Shown here piece by piece: positions 50,542-60,025 of a stretch of 64,000 bases of DNA. The translations under genes and the position numbers were made by a program. Within the stretch, counting starts at the first letter, position 1. Each line of letters opens with the position of its first letter. This DNA is from Candidatus Hermodarchaeota archaeon. GTDB taxonomy: Archaea; Asgardarchaeota; Lokiarchaeia; Sigyniarchaeales; SOKP01. A model generated the notes under the pieces. That model saw only the letters and a program-made list of their open reading frames with translations. It had not been told where the DNA came from and made no database searches. Location: assembly GCA_048885925.1 (NCBI GenBank), contig JBHLLG010000005.1, positions 26,867 to 90,866 on the forward strand. The letters run 5' to 3'.

Positions 50542-51243
50542 CTAAGGTTTCCCTAATCCAATATTAATTTTTGCATTGGGTCTAATATTAAAGCCCTCTT
50601 GATTAATTGAATCGATTATTGGGATTTCTCCATTTTCTCCCACTCTTGAAATCATACCTACTGAAAAAACAGTATCAATTTTTTTATCTATTTCTTTAAT
50701 AATTCTTAGAACCTCACTCACTTTGTTTTCAGATATCTTAAATTCTATATTTGTTGAAAGAACTTTTTCATTTTTTATATCATCTCTAATATAACCACTG
50801 TCATTAATTAATAACTCAGTGATTGGATTTTTAGGTTCAAACTTTACATCTAATTTTACCAATTCTTTTGTAAACAATTCGATATTTCTAAGTTGAGTTC
50901 CTATACCAGGACGACCGATTTCAATAGAAACTCCAAGTTCACCAAAATCATAACGATTAGTAACATCATTTGTTTTCATTTCTTCCGTTCCTCTCCCAGG
51001 AATACCAGTAATTTTATGGGGTGTAATTACATTACTAAAGGGACTTCGAATTATTCGGGGCCATTTTAATCTACTATATCTAATTGCTTTTACATTGCAT
51101 TCAGCATCGCGATAACAAACTCCACATTCAACACATAGATTTTTTTCTATAATTGTTCTATTATCTACTAGTTTTATGGCTTGAACAGGGCAAATAATAA
51201 TGCATTGACCACAACCTGTACATAGATCAGCTTTAATTTCCAT
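50542..51243 (-). CDS. 4Fe-4S dicluster domain protein
   Basis: CTGCGQCIIICP, CVECGVC...C, GRGTEEMKTNDVT. Confidence 0.82.
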   Translation of the reverse strand: MEIKADLCTGCGQCIIICPVQAIKLVDNRTIIEKNLCVECGVCYRDAECNVKAIRYSRLKWPRIIRSPFSNVITPHKITGIPGRGTEEMKTNDVTNRYDFGELGVSIEIGRPGIGTQLRNIELFTKELVKLDVKFEPKNPITELLINDSGYIRDDIKNEKVLSTNIEFKISENKVSEVLRIIKEIDKKIDTVFSVGMISRVGENGEIPIIDSINQEGFNIRPNAKINIGLGKP

Positions 51244-51275
51244 AATCTTTTTTTAGTTGAGAATTAGTTGTTTAA

Positions 51276-52553
51276 TTACAATTTATTTGATTTAATACTC
51301 TCAATATCTCGTGGTAATAATTTTAAAATAGGAATAATGATTAACGTACATAAAAACGCCATTATTGATAAAATTAGATACCCAGGACTATAAAGGTTGT
51401 TAAAAGCCACAAAGAATTGGCCAAGAAGTAAAAGGCTTATGCTTCGCCCAAACGTATAAGTTAGATAATTTATAGAATAAATTGTAGATCTTATTTGTGG
51501 TGGGTTGATTGCCAAGGTTGCTTGGGTTAAAGGATCGATTCCACCAAATAAAAAGGCTCCACATATAGTAAGAATAATAAATATAATAATTAAAATTGAA
51601 TTGGTAGAAATAAAAAAGAGTGAATACGCTGCTATATAAAATAATGAACCACTAAAAAGACATATCAATACTACTTTAATCCTACCATTATTTTCAGTCT
51701 TATATTTCTTATCTCCCCATTTTCCGAATAGTGGTCCTGCTGGAACCTGAGATCCAAAAACTAAAATCAAAAAAGCTGTTGCTAAAGTAGAATTAAGTTC
51801 ATAATCATTTTTAAGCATTGAAATAAAAAATGAAGATATTGCCCCAATAGATATAAACATAGTGAAATTTAAAAGTAAAATCCATAATGTTGACTTATTT
51901 TTCCAAATTTCTTTTAGGGCGTCTTTTTTAATTTTATAATCTAGGTCAGAAGTATTTTCATTCATAATTTTATAGAGCTCATCTTTACCTCCTCTTAATG
52001 GTTCTTCAATTGTAAAGAGCAAACCTGTACATACAAATCCACCTATAGATATTATTAAGATTGGTACTTGCCATGTGTAGTAATCAATCAAGAAACCTGA
52101 GAGTATTTGTCCTAAACCATTCCCCAATACGTAAACTGCACTTAGAGCCCCGAAACGTTTACCTCGAGTTTTAGGATCAGCTAAATCAACAGTTAACGAG
52201 AATATTAAAGGTAAAGCAGCTCCAAATCCTATTGCAGTTATCAATTGAAATCCTAATAATGAAATAAAATTAGTGGAGAGAAGAGTAAGTAATGTAAGAA
52301 CTGACCATTCGAGCGTAGATATAATAAGTAAATATTTTCTTTTGAATTTATCTCCTAAAATTGCCCATATAAGAGAACTTATAGCACCAACCATTAAAAA
52401 CATTGAATTAATGAATGCCACTTGACTCTCATTAAAATCCAAAGCTGTAGAAATCTCTTCTGCCATTGGAGTTATTATACTAAATAATGCGCTTGAAAAA
52501 AGTGTAAGCAATGTTAGTATCTGTGTTGATTTTAAATTCTTCATATTTTTCAA
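51276..52553 (-). CDS. MFS transporter
   Basis: About 12 TM segments, GDKFKRK motif A-like. Confidence 0.9.
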   Translation of the reverse strand: MKNMKNLKSTQILTLLTLFSSALFSIITPMAEEISTALDFNESQVAFINSMFLMVGAISSLIWAILGDKFKRKYLLIISTLEWSVLTLLTLLSTNFISLLGFQLITAIGFGAALPLIFSLTVDLADPKTRGKRFGALSAVYVLGNGLGQILSGFLIDYYTWQVPILIISIGGFVCTGLLFTIEEPLRGGKDELYKIMNENTSDLDYKIKKDALKEIWKNKSTLWILLLNFTMFISIGAISSFFISMLKNDYELNSTLATAFLILVFGSQVPAGPLFGKWGDKKYKTENNGRIKVVLICLFSGSLFYIAAYSLFFISTNSILIIIFIILTICGAFLFGGIDPLTQATLAINPPQIRSTIYSINYLTYTFGRSISLLLLGQFFVAFNNLYSPGYLILSIMAFLCTLIIIPILKLLPRDIESIKSNKL

Positions 52554-52695
52554 ATGTAGTGTGATATAACTTATAAAATAAGTTATGCTGTTGTCCTATT
52601 TAATTCTTAATTTCTTATTGATTCATCAAACACTTATAACAAAAATTAAGACAATGCTTTGGAAATTAGTCAATTAAATAAGAAAAAAAAATTTA

Positions 52696-52908
52696 TTAAT
52701 TTTTTTTGTTTAACTTGCTCCTAATTAACATTTTAAAACTTTCGTCATCAAGATCCTTATACATTTTTAATTCTTTTGTTAAAAAATCGTCTAAGGCAAT
52801 TCTTATAGCCTCACTTCGAGAGGGATAAACACCCATATCATTTAATATTTGAATAGCTTCTAAATACTTTTCTGGTAAGTTAATAGTAATTATCTTCATT
52901 TTTATCAA
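52696..52908 (-). CDS. Ribbon-helix-helix (CopG/Arc/MetJ) regulator
   Basis: ITINLPEKY...[12 protein letters not shown]. Confidence 0.88.
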   Translation of the reverse strand: MIKMKIITINLPEKYLEAIQILNDMGVYPSRSEAIRIALDDFLTKELKMYKDLDDESFKMLIRSKLNKKN

Positions 52909-53131
52909 CCCTTTTATTTAAACTTTACATGTAGACTAATTTTCGAATCTTATATTGCAAATATTTTGTCGGATGTTTTATAAATTCATTATATTAATCC
53001 TTTAATTCTATTAATAGCTTAACTGCTGACGAATATAATTTTATAATTCATCAAATTAATGAGTTAATATTGTTAATACAGTAATATTTTTTTTTTACAA
53101 ATTTAGAAAATTAAAATAAAAAAAAAATTCC

Positions 53132-53887
53132 TTAAGGTTTATTAAATGATTTCACATGTAATATTAATGAGAAGGCTGATTTGTAGAGATCAGCATGACT
53201 AACTTCCTTAATACCATCTAAATACTTAAGGGTGTAATCTTCTTCTCTTTTTAGGTATGTTTTATTTCTTGTTTTATGGTCTTTATCAAAAAAAACATCA
53301 ATTTTTAAAACTTTTTGATCAATTCGAGAAGGTATCTGGGGCATCATATTAAATGTGAAGATTAAATCAGCAGCTGCGTCATTAGGAGCATTTAAAACAA
53401 ATAATAAGTTTGGTTCAGCTATACCAATGAAACTTTCTAATGAATGGAATAAATCATCAACTTTTATATTTATAATAGAATTTTGGTCATCGTCTAAAAT
53501 ACTGCAATCACTAAGTTTCGGTAGAAGAAATTTTTCTTTCCCTCTAAAAGCGAGGCTCATTTCATTAGCATTAAGATATTTTTTTATATTTGGATCATCC
53601 TTTTCTAAAACGAAATTATTTGTAATAGGTTCATTTTTTACGTAGACTATTAACGAACCTGCTGAAATTAAATTAATTTTTTGATAATATATGTTAAAAA
53701 TTGGATTATATGGTAAACTAATAATTTCTTTATTACCCAATCCAATTTGAGCTAAGATGTTTGTTGGAACTTGACTAGTTAAAGTAAATAATAAAAAAGA
53801 CCTAAAATCATTCAATTCAATAAAGTTAGAGAAATTCCCGAAAATTTTATGAATATTTTGTATTTTTTGTTCTAATTCATCAGACAT
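53132..53887 (-). CDS. Hypothetical protein
   Basis: 251-aa ORF with host-like composition, no recognised motif. Confidence 0.65.
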   Translation of the reverse strand: MSDELEQKIQNIHKIFGNFSNFIELNDFRSFLLFTLTSQVPTNILAQIGLGNKEIISLPYNPIFNIYYQKINLISAGSLIVYVKNEPITNNFVLEKDDPNIKKYLNANEMSLAFRGKEKFLLPKLSDCSILDDDQNSIINIKVDDLFHSLESFIGIAEPNLLFVLNAPNDAAADLIFTFNMMPQIPSRIDQKVLKIDVFFDKDHKTRNKTYLKREEDYTLKYLDGIKEVSHADLYKSAFSLILHVKSFNKP

Positions 53888-53952
53888 TTTTATTACTTTT
53901 GAGAGAATAAGTTGAGTTAGTTAGATCATTGAATTAAATATTATAATTAAAT

Positions 53953-54375
53953 CTAATCCTCTAAATATTTCACAAGAAATTCCTCTAATGAATCTTTAAC
54001 ATCTCGAGTAATATGATGTTCTATTTCACAAGATAAATTTTCAATAACATCTGGATCATCTATTTTTAGCACTTTCGCGAAAAATTTTTGGAGTAGTCTA
54101 TGAGTTTCACCTAATTGTTTTGCTATTCTTTTACCTTCTTCAGTTAATCTAATAGCTTTTCTAGGTTCCCAATTGATTAAATTCTTCTTTTTCAATTTTT
54201 CTAGCATTCCTGACACTGAAGCGGGTTCTACCTTAAGACTTTCAGCAATTTCTTTATTTGTGACCCATCCACCTTTCTTTTTTTTTGAAATATTGTGAAT
54301 TTCATCTAAATATCGCTGATAACTCTCGGGTATATCTGAAATCTTTGAACGTATTTTTTGGTTTTTTTTTGCCAT
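53953..54375 (-). CDS. DtxR/MntR family metal-dependent regulator
   Basis: EIAESLKVEPASVSGMLEKL, LTEEG, HRLL, CEIEHH. Confidence 0.9.
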   Translation of the reverse strand: MAKKNQKIRSKISDIPESYQRYLDEIHNISKKKKGGWVTNKEIAESLKVEPASVSGMLEKLKKKNLINWEPRKAIRLTEEGKRIAKQLGETHRLLQKFFAKVLKIDDPDVIENLSCEIEHHITRDVKDSLEEFLVKYLED

Positions 54376-54607
54376 TTTTAGATTACAAAAATTTAGCTTA
54401 TTTGATTTAAAAATTACTTTTCCATTAAAGAAAGTTATGTTAAATTAATTTAATAATTTTATTCGCTTTCTTTATTTTTAATTTTCATTTTTCAAATTAT
54501 AATTAAAAATAGAAAAGGATCTAATTATTTAAAGAAATTATTGTCCTTATATTTGAATTGTTTTTTATATGAAAAAAATTAATTTAATTTGTTAAATCTT
54601 TAAATAT

Positions 54608-55189
54608 ATGGTGAAAAGTTTTCTCGGAACTTTATTTTTGGTAGTAGGGAATTCAGGTTCTGGAAAAGATTCAATAATTTCAGGGATAATTGAAAATTAT
54701 CCTTCTAGTTTGAAAAAAATTTATGCTCCAAAAAGATATATCACAAGATCCCCCTCTAAATTTGAAAAAAACATTTCATTATCTACTGAAGAATTCAGAG
54801 AGCTAGAAAAGAAAGGAAAGTTTGCGTTGACGTGGCATATTTATGGTTTAGATTACGGAATTTCTAAAGATATAGAGGATTATCTTAAAAAAGGACACCC
54901 GGTTATTATTAATGTTAGCCGTACAGTAATATATAAAGCTAGAGAAAAATATGAAAATGTCAAGGTTGTTTTTATTGAGGTTCCTTTTGAAATTACTTAT
55001 CAACGAATAAAAGACCGAAAAAGAGAAAGTGAAGATTTTTTAAAGGAGAGAATAGAGCGGGCAAGAAATAATCCAAAATTTCCAGAAGCAGATTATATAA
55101 TAGATAATTCTGGAAAACTAGATAGTGCTATAGATCAATTTATTAAGTATATAATTTCTGTTATTAAAGAAAAAGAGAAAGATAATTAA
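54608..55189 (+). CDS. phnN: Ribose 1,5-bisphosphokinase PhnN-like (guanylate kinase fold)
   Basis: VVGNSGSGKDS, RYITR, FALTWHIYGLDYGI, NVSR, IDNSG. Confidence 0.8.
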   Translation: MVKSFLGTLFLVVGNSGSGKDSIISGIIENYPSSLKKIYAPKRYITRSPSKFEKNISLSTEEFRELEKKGKFALTWHIYGLDYGISKDIEDYLKKGHPVIINVSRTVIYKAREKYENVKVVFIEVPFEITYQRIKDRKRESEDFLKERIERARNNPKFPEADYIIDNSGKLDSAIDQFIKYIISVIKEKEKDN

Positions 55190-55238
55190 ATTTTTTTATA
55201 AACAAACATTTAGATTTATTATCATAATATAAGTTAAT

Positions 55239-55341
55239 GGCTCGGTTCGTATAGTGGTTAGTATTGGGGACTAGTTTAGTAAGGTATACTAAAATCCCTA
55301 CTGTGAATCCCTAGAGACGGGTTCAATTCCCGTACCGAGCC
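55239..55341 (+). tRNA. tRNA-His(GUG) with encoded G-1 and a 30-nt intron at 32/33
   Basis: Acceptor GCTCGGT/ACCGAGC, D arm GTAT-AGTGGTTA-GTAT, anticodon stem GGGGA/TCCCT with loop CT-GTG-AA after splicing, T arm ACGGG-TTCAATT-CCCGT; no encoded CCA. Confidence 0.92.
55272..55301 (+). other. tRNA intron, BHB type, non-canonical position 32/33
   Basis: GGGG-AC^U-AGUUUAGUA-AGGUA-UACUAAAAU-CCCU-AC^U. Confidence 0.85.
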
Positions 55342-55377
55342 CTCCTCATTTTTAAACAAACTGAATAGGGTAAGAAC

Positions 55378-55833
55378 TTGGTAAAGATCGATTCTAATAA
55401 ACTTAGAGACCTTCCAGGATGGGAAAATAATGCCCCTGTACCATTATGTATGGGTGGAGATTATCGTGCATTAACGTTTTGCTGTAAACCAGGCTATTCA
55501 TTGGCTTATGTTTTTAAGTGTAAAAGAGATGAAAAGTTAGAAGAATTGCAGCTAAGCCCTAAAGATTTTATTACAATTAAAGAAAACTTTTCAAAGGAAA
55601 ATGATTGGGATTCTAATTATGTATGTTTTGGATCACTTTCGTACTGTTGCATGAGACGAGATGGATGTTCAAGAAGAGATTTAGCTTTAGTAGAACGTTA
55701 TCTTAACTTAGCTTTAGAAGATATTATGGTAATTTACTTTCAAAAAAAGAAAGAACTGTCAAAAAGAATCTTGGAATGTGTTAAGAATAAAGAAGGGAAA
55801 GAACGAATTAAACCATTCTTACAATTATTTTAA
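55378..55833 (+). CDS. Methanogenesis marker 9-like Cys-rich domain protein
   Basis: WENNAP..LCMGGDYRALTFCCKP...CFGSLSYCC...C.RRD. Confidence 0.72.
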   Translation: MVKIDSNKLRDLPGWENNAPVPLCMGGDYRALTFCCKPGYSLAYVFKCKRDEKLEELQLSPKDFITIKENFSKENDWDSNYVCFGSLSYCCMRRDGCSRRDLALVERYLNLALEDIMVIYFQKKKELSKRILECVKNKEGKERIKPFLQLF

Positions 55834-55935
55834 ACAAAATATTTTAAGAGAATTATATCTCGTTTTAAATGAATTTCATAATTTTCATGTGAAAATGGGA
55901 AATTTTTTATATCACTCATTTTTTCCTTATTTAAG

Positions 55936-56094
55936 ATGTATCTTGAACAAGTTCTGCCTCATCCTCATCGGGATGATATCTATATTAATGAGATAATAAC
56001 CCCTCATAGTAAGATAACACAAAGCGACAAACAAATGGTAAATCGTATTCTTCTAAAAGAAGTCGCTAGGAAAAAAGTAGAAGTGGTAAATTAG
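55936..56094 (+). CDS. Possible 52-aa small protein or gene remnant
   Basis: MYLEQVLPHPHRDDIYINEIITPHSK...VEVVN*, not in the track; no recognised motif. Confidence 0.25.
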   Translation: MYLEQVLPHPHRDDIYINEIITPHSKITQSDKQMVNRILLKEVARKKVEVVN

Positions 56095-56132
56095 AACTTA
56101 AATTTTTATTTTAAAAATAAAAAAATTATTTA

Positions 56133-57161
56133 TTATTTTTTATTGATTTTTGTGCAAATCAATGGAATTACATAGGTTAAAATAAATGCAAGTATTGCGT
56201 ATCGTGTAAATCTATAAAACACGCTATTAATTTCCAGCACATATTCAAGGGGAATAAAGATAATCAAAGCTATCACAAGTCCTATTATTACATTTATAAT
56301 TCTCCTTTTGATTGTTAATTGAGTTGGATCGTATTTAATATATTCATGTTCTAGTATGTATCCTACACCAAAACCTAATAGAACACCTCCAACAGTACCG
56401 AAAGCCCCCTCATCAGGATAGGAAGGAGGTGTTGGTGAAATATATATTCCTGCGCCAGCATTAGGAAATAAAAGTGTTCCGATAAGAAATAATGCGATTG
56501 ATACAACTACAGCGATTATTATTTTAGTAATAAAACCAAGCTTATTAAATTGTTTGGAAAGGATTGGTTCTAAGTAGATAAAGGCTAATAAAAATCCTAT
56601 ACCAATTAATAAACCTCCTATAATATCTTGTAAGTCATGAACACCGATTATAATTCGAGAGATAGCCACGAGAAAGATTAGGACTGAAAGAATAACTGGA
56701 ATGATTGGTATATTTTTATACTTAGATTTATCCTTGAATTCATTACCTAGATATCCCCAAAATGCAACTGCATTTTGTGAATGACCAGATGGAAAACCGA
56801 AACTTGATTCTATAACCCCATAATCCTCTGTTGGATCAATATTTGTCGCTGGTCGTGGATCTTGAAAGATTTCCTTAGTAAGTTCTACGAGATAATGTGA
56901 AAATAATAAACTCAAAGTTAGATTTTTAGCGAATCTCTTATTATATCCTAAATATAGAACTGCTATAATTATTATGAAGACAATATTTTCGCCTAAGTAT
57001 GATATTGCTTTAAATACTGATTGGACAGAACTCCTCCCATCATAGAATGCCTCATTTTGATCAGTGAAATATAGTATCAAACCAACTATTAATATAATTA
57101 ACCATGTAATTCCTATTACCATTAAACCTCTTTTTGATAAGTATCCCTTCGTTTCAGACAT
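56133..57161 (-). CDS. PAP2 family membrane phosphatase
   Basis: KEIFQDPRP, FPSGHSQ, SRIIIGVHDLQD. Confidence 0.92.
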   Translation of the reverse strand: MSETKGYLSKRGLMVIGITWLIILIVGLILYFTDQNEAFYDGRSSVQSVFKAISYLGENIVFIIIIAVLYLGYNKRFAKNLTLSLLFSHYLVELTKEIFQDPRPATNIDPTEDYGVIESSFGFPSGHSQNAVAFWGYLGNEFKDKSKYKNIPIIPVILSVLIFLVAISRIIIGVHDLQDIIGGLLIGIGFLLAFIYLEPILSKQFNKLGFITKIIIAVVVSIALFLIGTLLFPNAGAGIYISPTPPSYPDEGAFGTVGGVLLGFGVGYILEHEYIKYDPTQLTIKRRIINVIIGLVIALIIFIPLEYVLEINSVFYRFTRYAILAFILTYVIPLICTKINKK

Positions 57162-57306
57162 TTTTTAAACCAATTTAAAATTGATTAAAGTTTTATGGGT
57201 TAAAGAAATTAATAAAGGTTTATTCAAACTTATTGAAGTTTTTTGACAAATTTGGAAAATTTACCTCAATTTGTAGATGATAACTTACTAAAACAAGTGA
57301 AAAATT

Positions 57307-57972
57307 TTATTCAATCTTAATATTTGTGTGCTTTTCATCTATCTTTTTTAATTTGACTTCCAAAATTCCATTAGTGTATCTAGCTTTCGCATAATCGGAA
57401 TTAATTGGCGCAGGTAACTCAATTTCCTTATAATAATTCCTAGCTTTATCTTGAATCTTTGTTGAAATAGTCAATGAATGTGTTGTTGCTTTCAGTTCAA
57501 TGTCTTCTCTCGTAACTCCAGGCATTTCACAAATAATAATAATATTATCACCTTCTTCACTAACTTCCGTTAGAGGTTCTCTTACTTTTTTGACTTCTGG
57601 TTTCCCAGAATAAGGCTTTGGGCGAAGATTTCCAAATGAATCTATGGTTGGCTTACCATCAGGTCCAATATTTATATTAAAGCCATACATTATAGGAAAA
57701 CCAAACTTAGATCTATTTTTCATGAACTCTTTTGCAACATCTTCTGGAGATAAGTTTCGTAATTCTTCTGGTAAGTTTTCCATAATTTTCTGAAACACTT
57801 CTTTAAATAAACGTTGAAAATCTTTAGATCCAAATAGTTTTTTTGGATCTAGTAAAAATTTATTTGGATCACTAAAAAACTTACTTGGGTCTCCAAAATA
57901 CTTAAAAAAATCAAAAGGATCCCCTTCTTCCTCATCATCCTCTTCTTCATCATCTGGATTATTCTTCGGCAT
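57307..57972 (-). CDS. hsp20: Archaeal small heat shock protein Hsp20
   Basis: YGFNINIGPDGKP..FGN, REPL, EMPGV, ARYTNGILEVKL. Confidence 0.92.
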   Translation of the reverse strand: MPKNNPDDEEEDDEEEGDPFDFFKYFGDPSKFFSDPNKFLLDPKKLFGSKDFQRLFKEVFQKIMENLPEELRNLSPEDVAKEFMKNRSKFGFPIMYGFNINIGPDGKPTIDSFGNLRPKPYSGKPEVKKVREPLTEVSEEGDNIIIICEMPGVTREDIELKATTHSLTISTKIQDKARNYYKEIELPAPINSDYAKARYTNGILEVKLKKIDEKHTNIKIE

Positions 57973-58176
57973 TTTTTTTCTCCATTAAAATGTTATTGAA
58001 TCTACATATATCAATTAAATTTAATAAACAAAATTTTTAATTAAATAGTATAGCAATTAAAAACTAATTAGCTTATATTCTAGAAAAAATTGTTTAAATT
58101 AATAAATTTATTCCACATAAAAAATTATTCAAGATTAAGTAAAATACTATAATTACAGATAATGGTTTGAAATTTT

Positions 58177-59994
58177 ATGTATAGCGAGCTGTCTGATGAT
58201 GATAAAAATATGTATTTGGACGTTCTACGCGAAGCACCTTTACTCCCTTTTTCAAATTTTGTCTCACGTGGAGATATCGCAGATCCTATAGATATATCGA
58301 GGCCAAGAAGTCATATTGATCGAGAAGTCTATAGGCTTGTACAACAAACCTTTCGCGATAGATCATCTCGATTAATTCCTATCCTTGGATCTGCAGGTAC
58401 AGGAAAAACACATGCTTATCATTCATTTAAAGATAAAGAAAGAGAAAATATAAAGAAATTAGAGAGTGCTGAAGAGTTAGAAGAGATTGATGCGAGTAAA
58501 GCTGCTACATCTGCTGACTGGACTATCGTTTATGTTCCAAGTCCTCCGGCAAGTATTCGTGTTTTATTGCATGTTTATACATGTATAATAGAGGAACTTG
58601 GTGCAGAATTACTTGATGTCGTATCTGAAAAATTAGTTAAAAAATGGGGAGGAAGTAAAAAGGGTATTTTCCAGAAACCTAGACCTGAAGAAGTAATCCA
58701 GATGGGGATAAGAGAATTTCCTGGAGTCTTTGCTGATTGTGTTAAAGCGCTTGTCACTTACCAATTAGATAAAAATAAGAAACCATTGGCAGAAAGATGG
58801 TTACTTGGAGAGGATTTAGAAGATGAGGAGTTAAACGAGTTAGGGATCAATTCTGTGCTCGAGGAAGATGATGTGTGCTTAGCCCTTATTAAAATTATTA
58901 CAGAAAATTTAGATAGAGTACTTATTCTTTATTTCGATGAGCTGGAAAGTCCATATAGGATGCTAGGAGAATCTGCAGAAATGAAATTTCTTGAAATTTT
59001 AAAGAGATTGTATAATGAGGTAAAAGGTTTAGTAATTACTATCGCTGTTTTAAAAGAAATTTGGCCAAGAATTATAGAAATTTCGGATGCGCCATTACGT
59101 TCAAGAATGGAACCTGAACAGGAATTAAAACCATTTAGCTTAAATGATTTAAAAATTTATTTTTCAAAATCTATGGAAGTCTTCTGGGAAGATAATAATT
59201 TAAATCCTCCATTATATCCACTATTTCCATTAAATGAAAAATTAATAGAATTGATATATGAGAAAACTAAAGGAAACCCAAGAAATTCTATTAAACTCTG
59301 TAGAAGATTCATTGATAAAGTTGTTATGGAAGAGATGACTGTTGATCAATTATTGGAAGTTGGGGCTGAGATTGAACCAACTGCTAGACCTCCAGCTGTC
59401 ATCGAAGAAGAAGTAGTAATTGATTTTTCTAAACCGAGAGAAGTTATTAAGAAAACAATTGATGATATTTTAGCAGAAGAAGAATATTCTATAGAGGTAA
59501 ATCCTCAATCTGTTGCAGGCGCCAGTTTAAAATGTATAAATATGGTGGGCGAAAACAAAGGAAAGAAATTCAAAACCCAAATGGAATTTAAATTCATGTT
59601 AGGAAAAAGATCTCAAACTCTAGCTGCCTTAGTTGAGGTTAAGGGTAAAAAATGGGGTTTAGAAATTCCGTCAATTAAAACATTTGACAGGAGTGCAGGA
59701 GTAGCAGGGTATTATGCCGCTAAAAGATTGAAAGATGCTTTAACGGAAAAAGCTATTGATGCTGCAATTTTAATTGTACCCACTGGGAGTAGCGGCGCAA
59801 AATTCGAATCAATATTAAATAACACTCCAGAAATTCATAAATTCGAAATAGATAATGAAAGCGGAGAGAAGTTAATAGAAAGTGCCTTAACTTATCCTAC
59901 AAAAGAAGGGTGGGAAATAGCAAAAATAGTTTTTCCAGATATTGGAGAGTATATACCACCTGCGGTTGAAGAGACTCCTCCCACTGAAGATTAA
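58177..59994 (+). CDS. P-loop ATPase (AAA+/STAND-like) with an extra C-terminal domain
   Basis: GSAGTGKT Walker A, LYFDELE Walker B, TKGNPR. Confidence 0.8.
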   Translation: MYSELSDDDKNMYLDVLREAPLLPFSNFVSRGDIADPIDISRPRSHIDREVYRLVQQTFRDRSSRLIPILGSAGTGKTHAYHSFKDKERENIKKLESAEELEEIDASKAATSADWTIVYVPSPPASIRVLLHVYTCIIEELGAELLDVVSEKLVKKWGGSKKGIFQKPRPEEVIQMGIREFPGVFADCVKALVTYQLDKNKKPLAERWLLGEDLEDEELNELGINSVLEEDDVCLALIKIITENLDRVLILYFDELESPYRMLGESAEMKFLEILKRLYNEVKGLVITIAVLKEIWPRIIEISDAPLRSRMEPEQELKPFSLNDLKIYFSKSMEVFWEDNNLNPPLYPLFPLNEKLIELIYEKTKGNPRNSIKLCRRFIDKVVMEEMTVDQLLEVGAEIEPTARPPAVIEEEVVIDFSKPREVIKKTIDDILAEEEYSIEVNPQSVAGASLKCINMVGENKGKKFKTQMEFKFMLGKRSQTLAALVEVKGKKWGLEIPSIKTFDRSAGVAGYYAAKRLKDALTEKAIDAAILIVPTGSSGAKFESILNNTPEIHKFEIDNESGEKLIESALTYPTKEGWEIAKIVFPDIGEYIPPAVEETPPTED

Positions 59995-60025
59995 AAAGAA
60001 AAAGTTAAAATTGTTAAGACATGCT

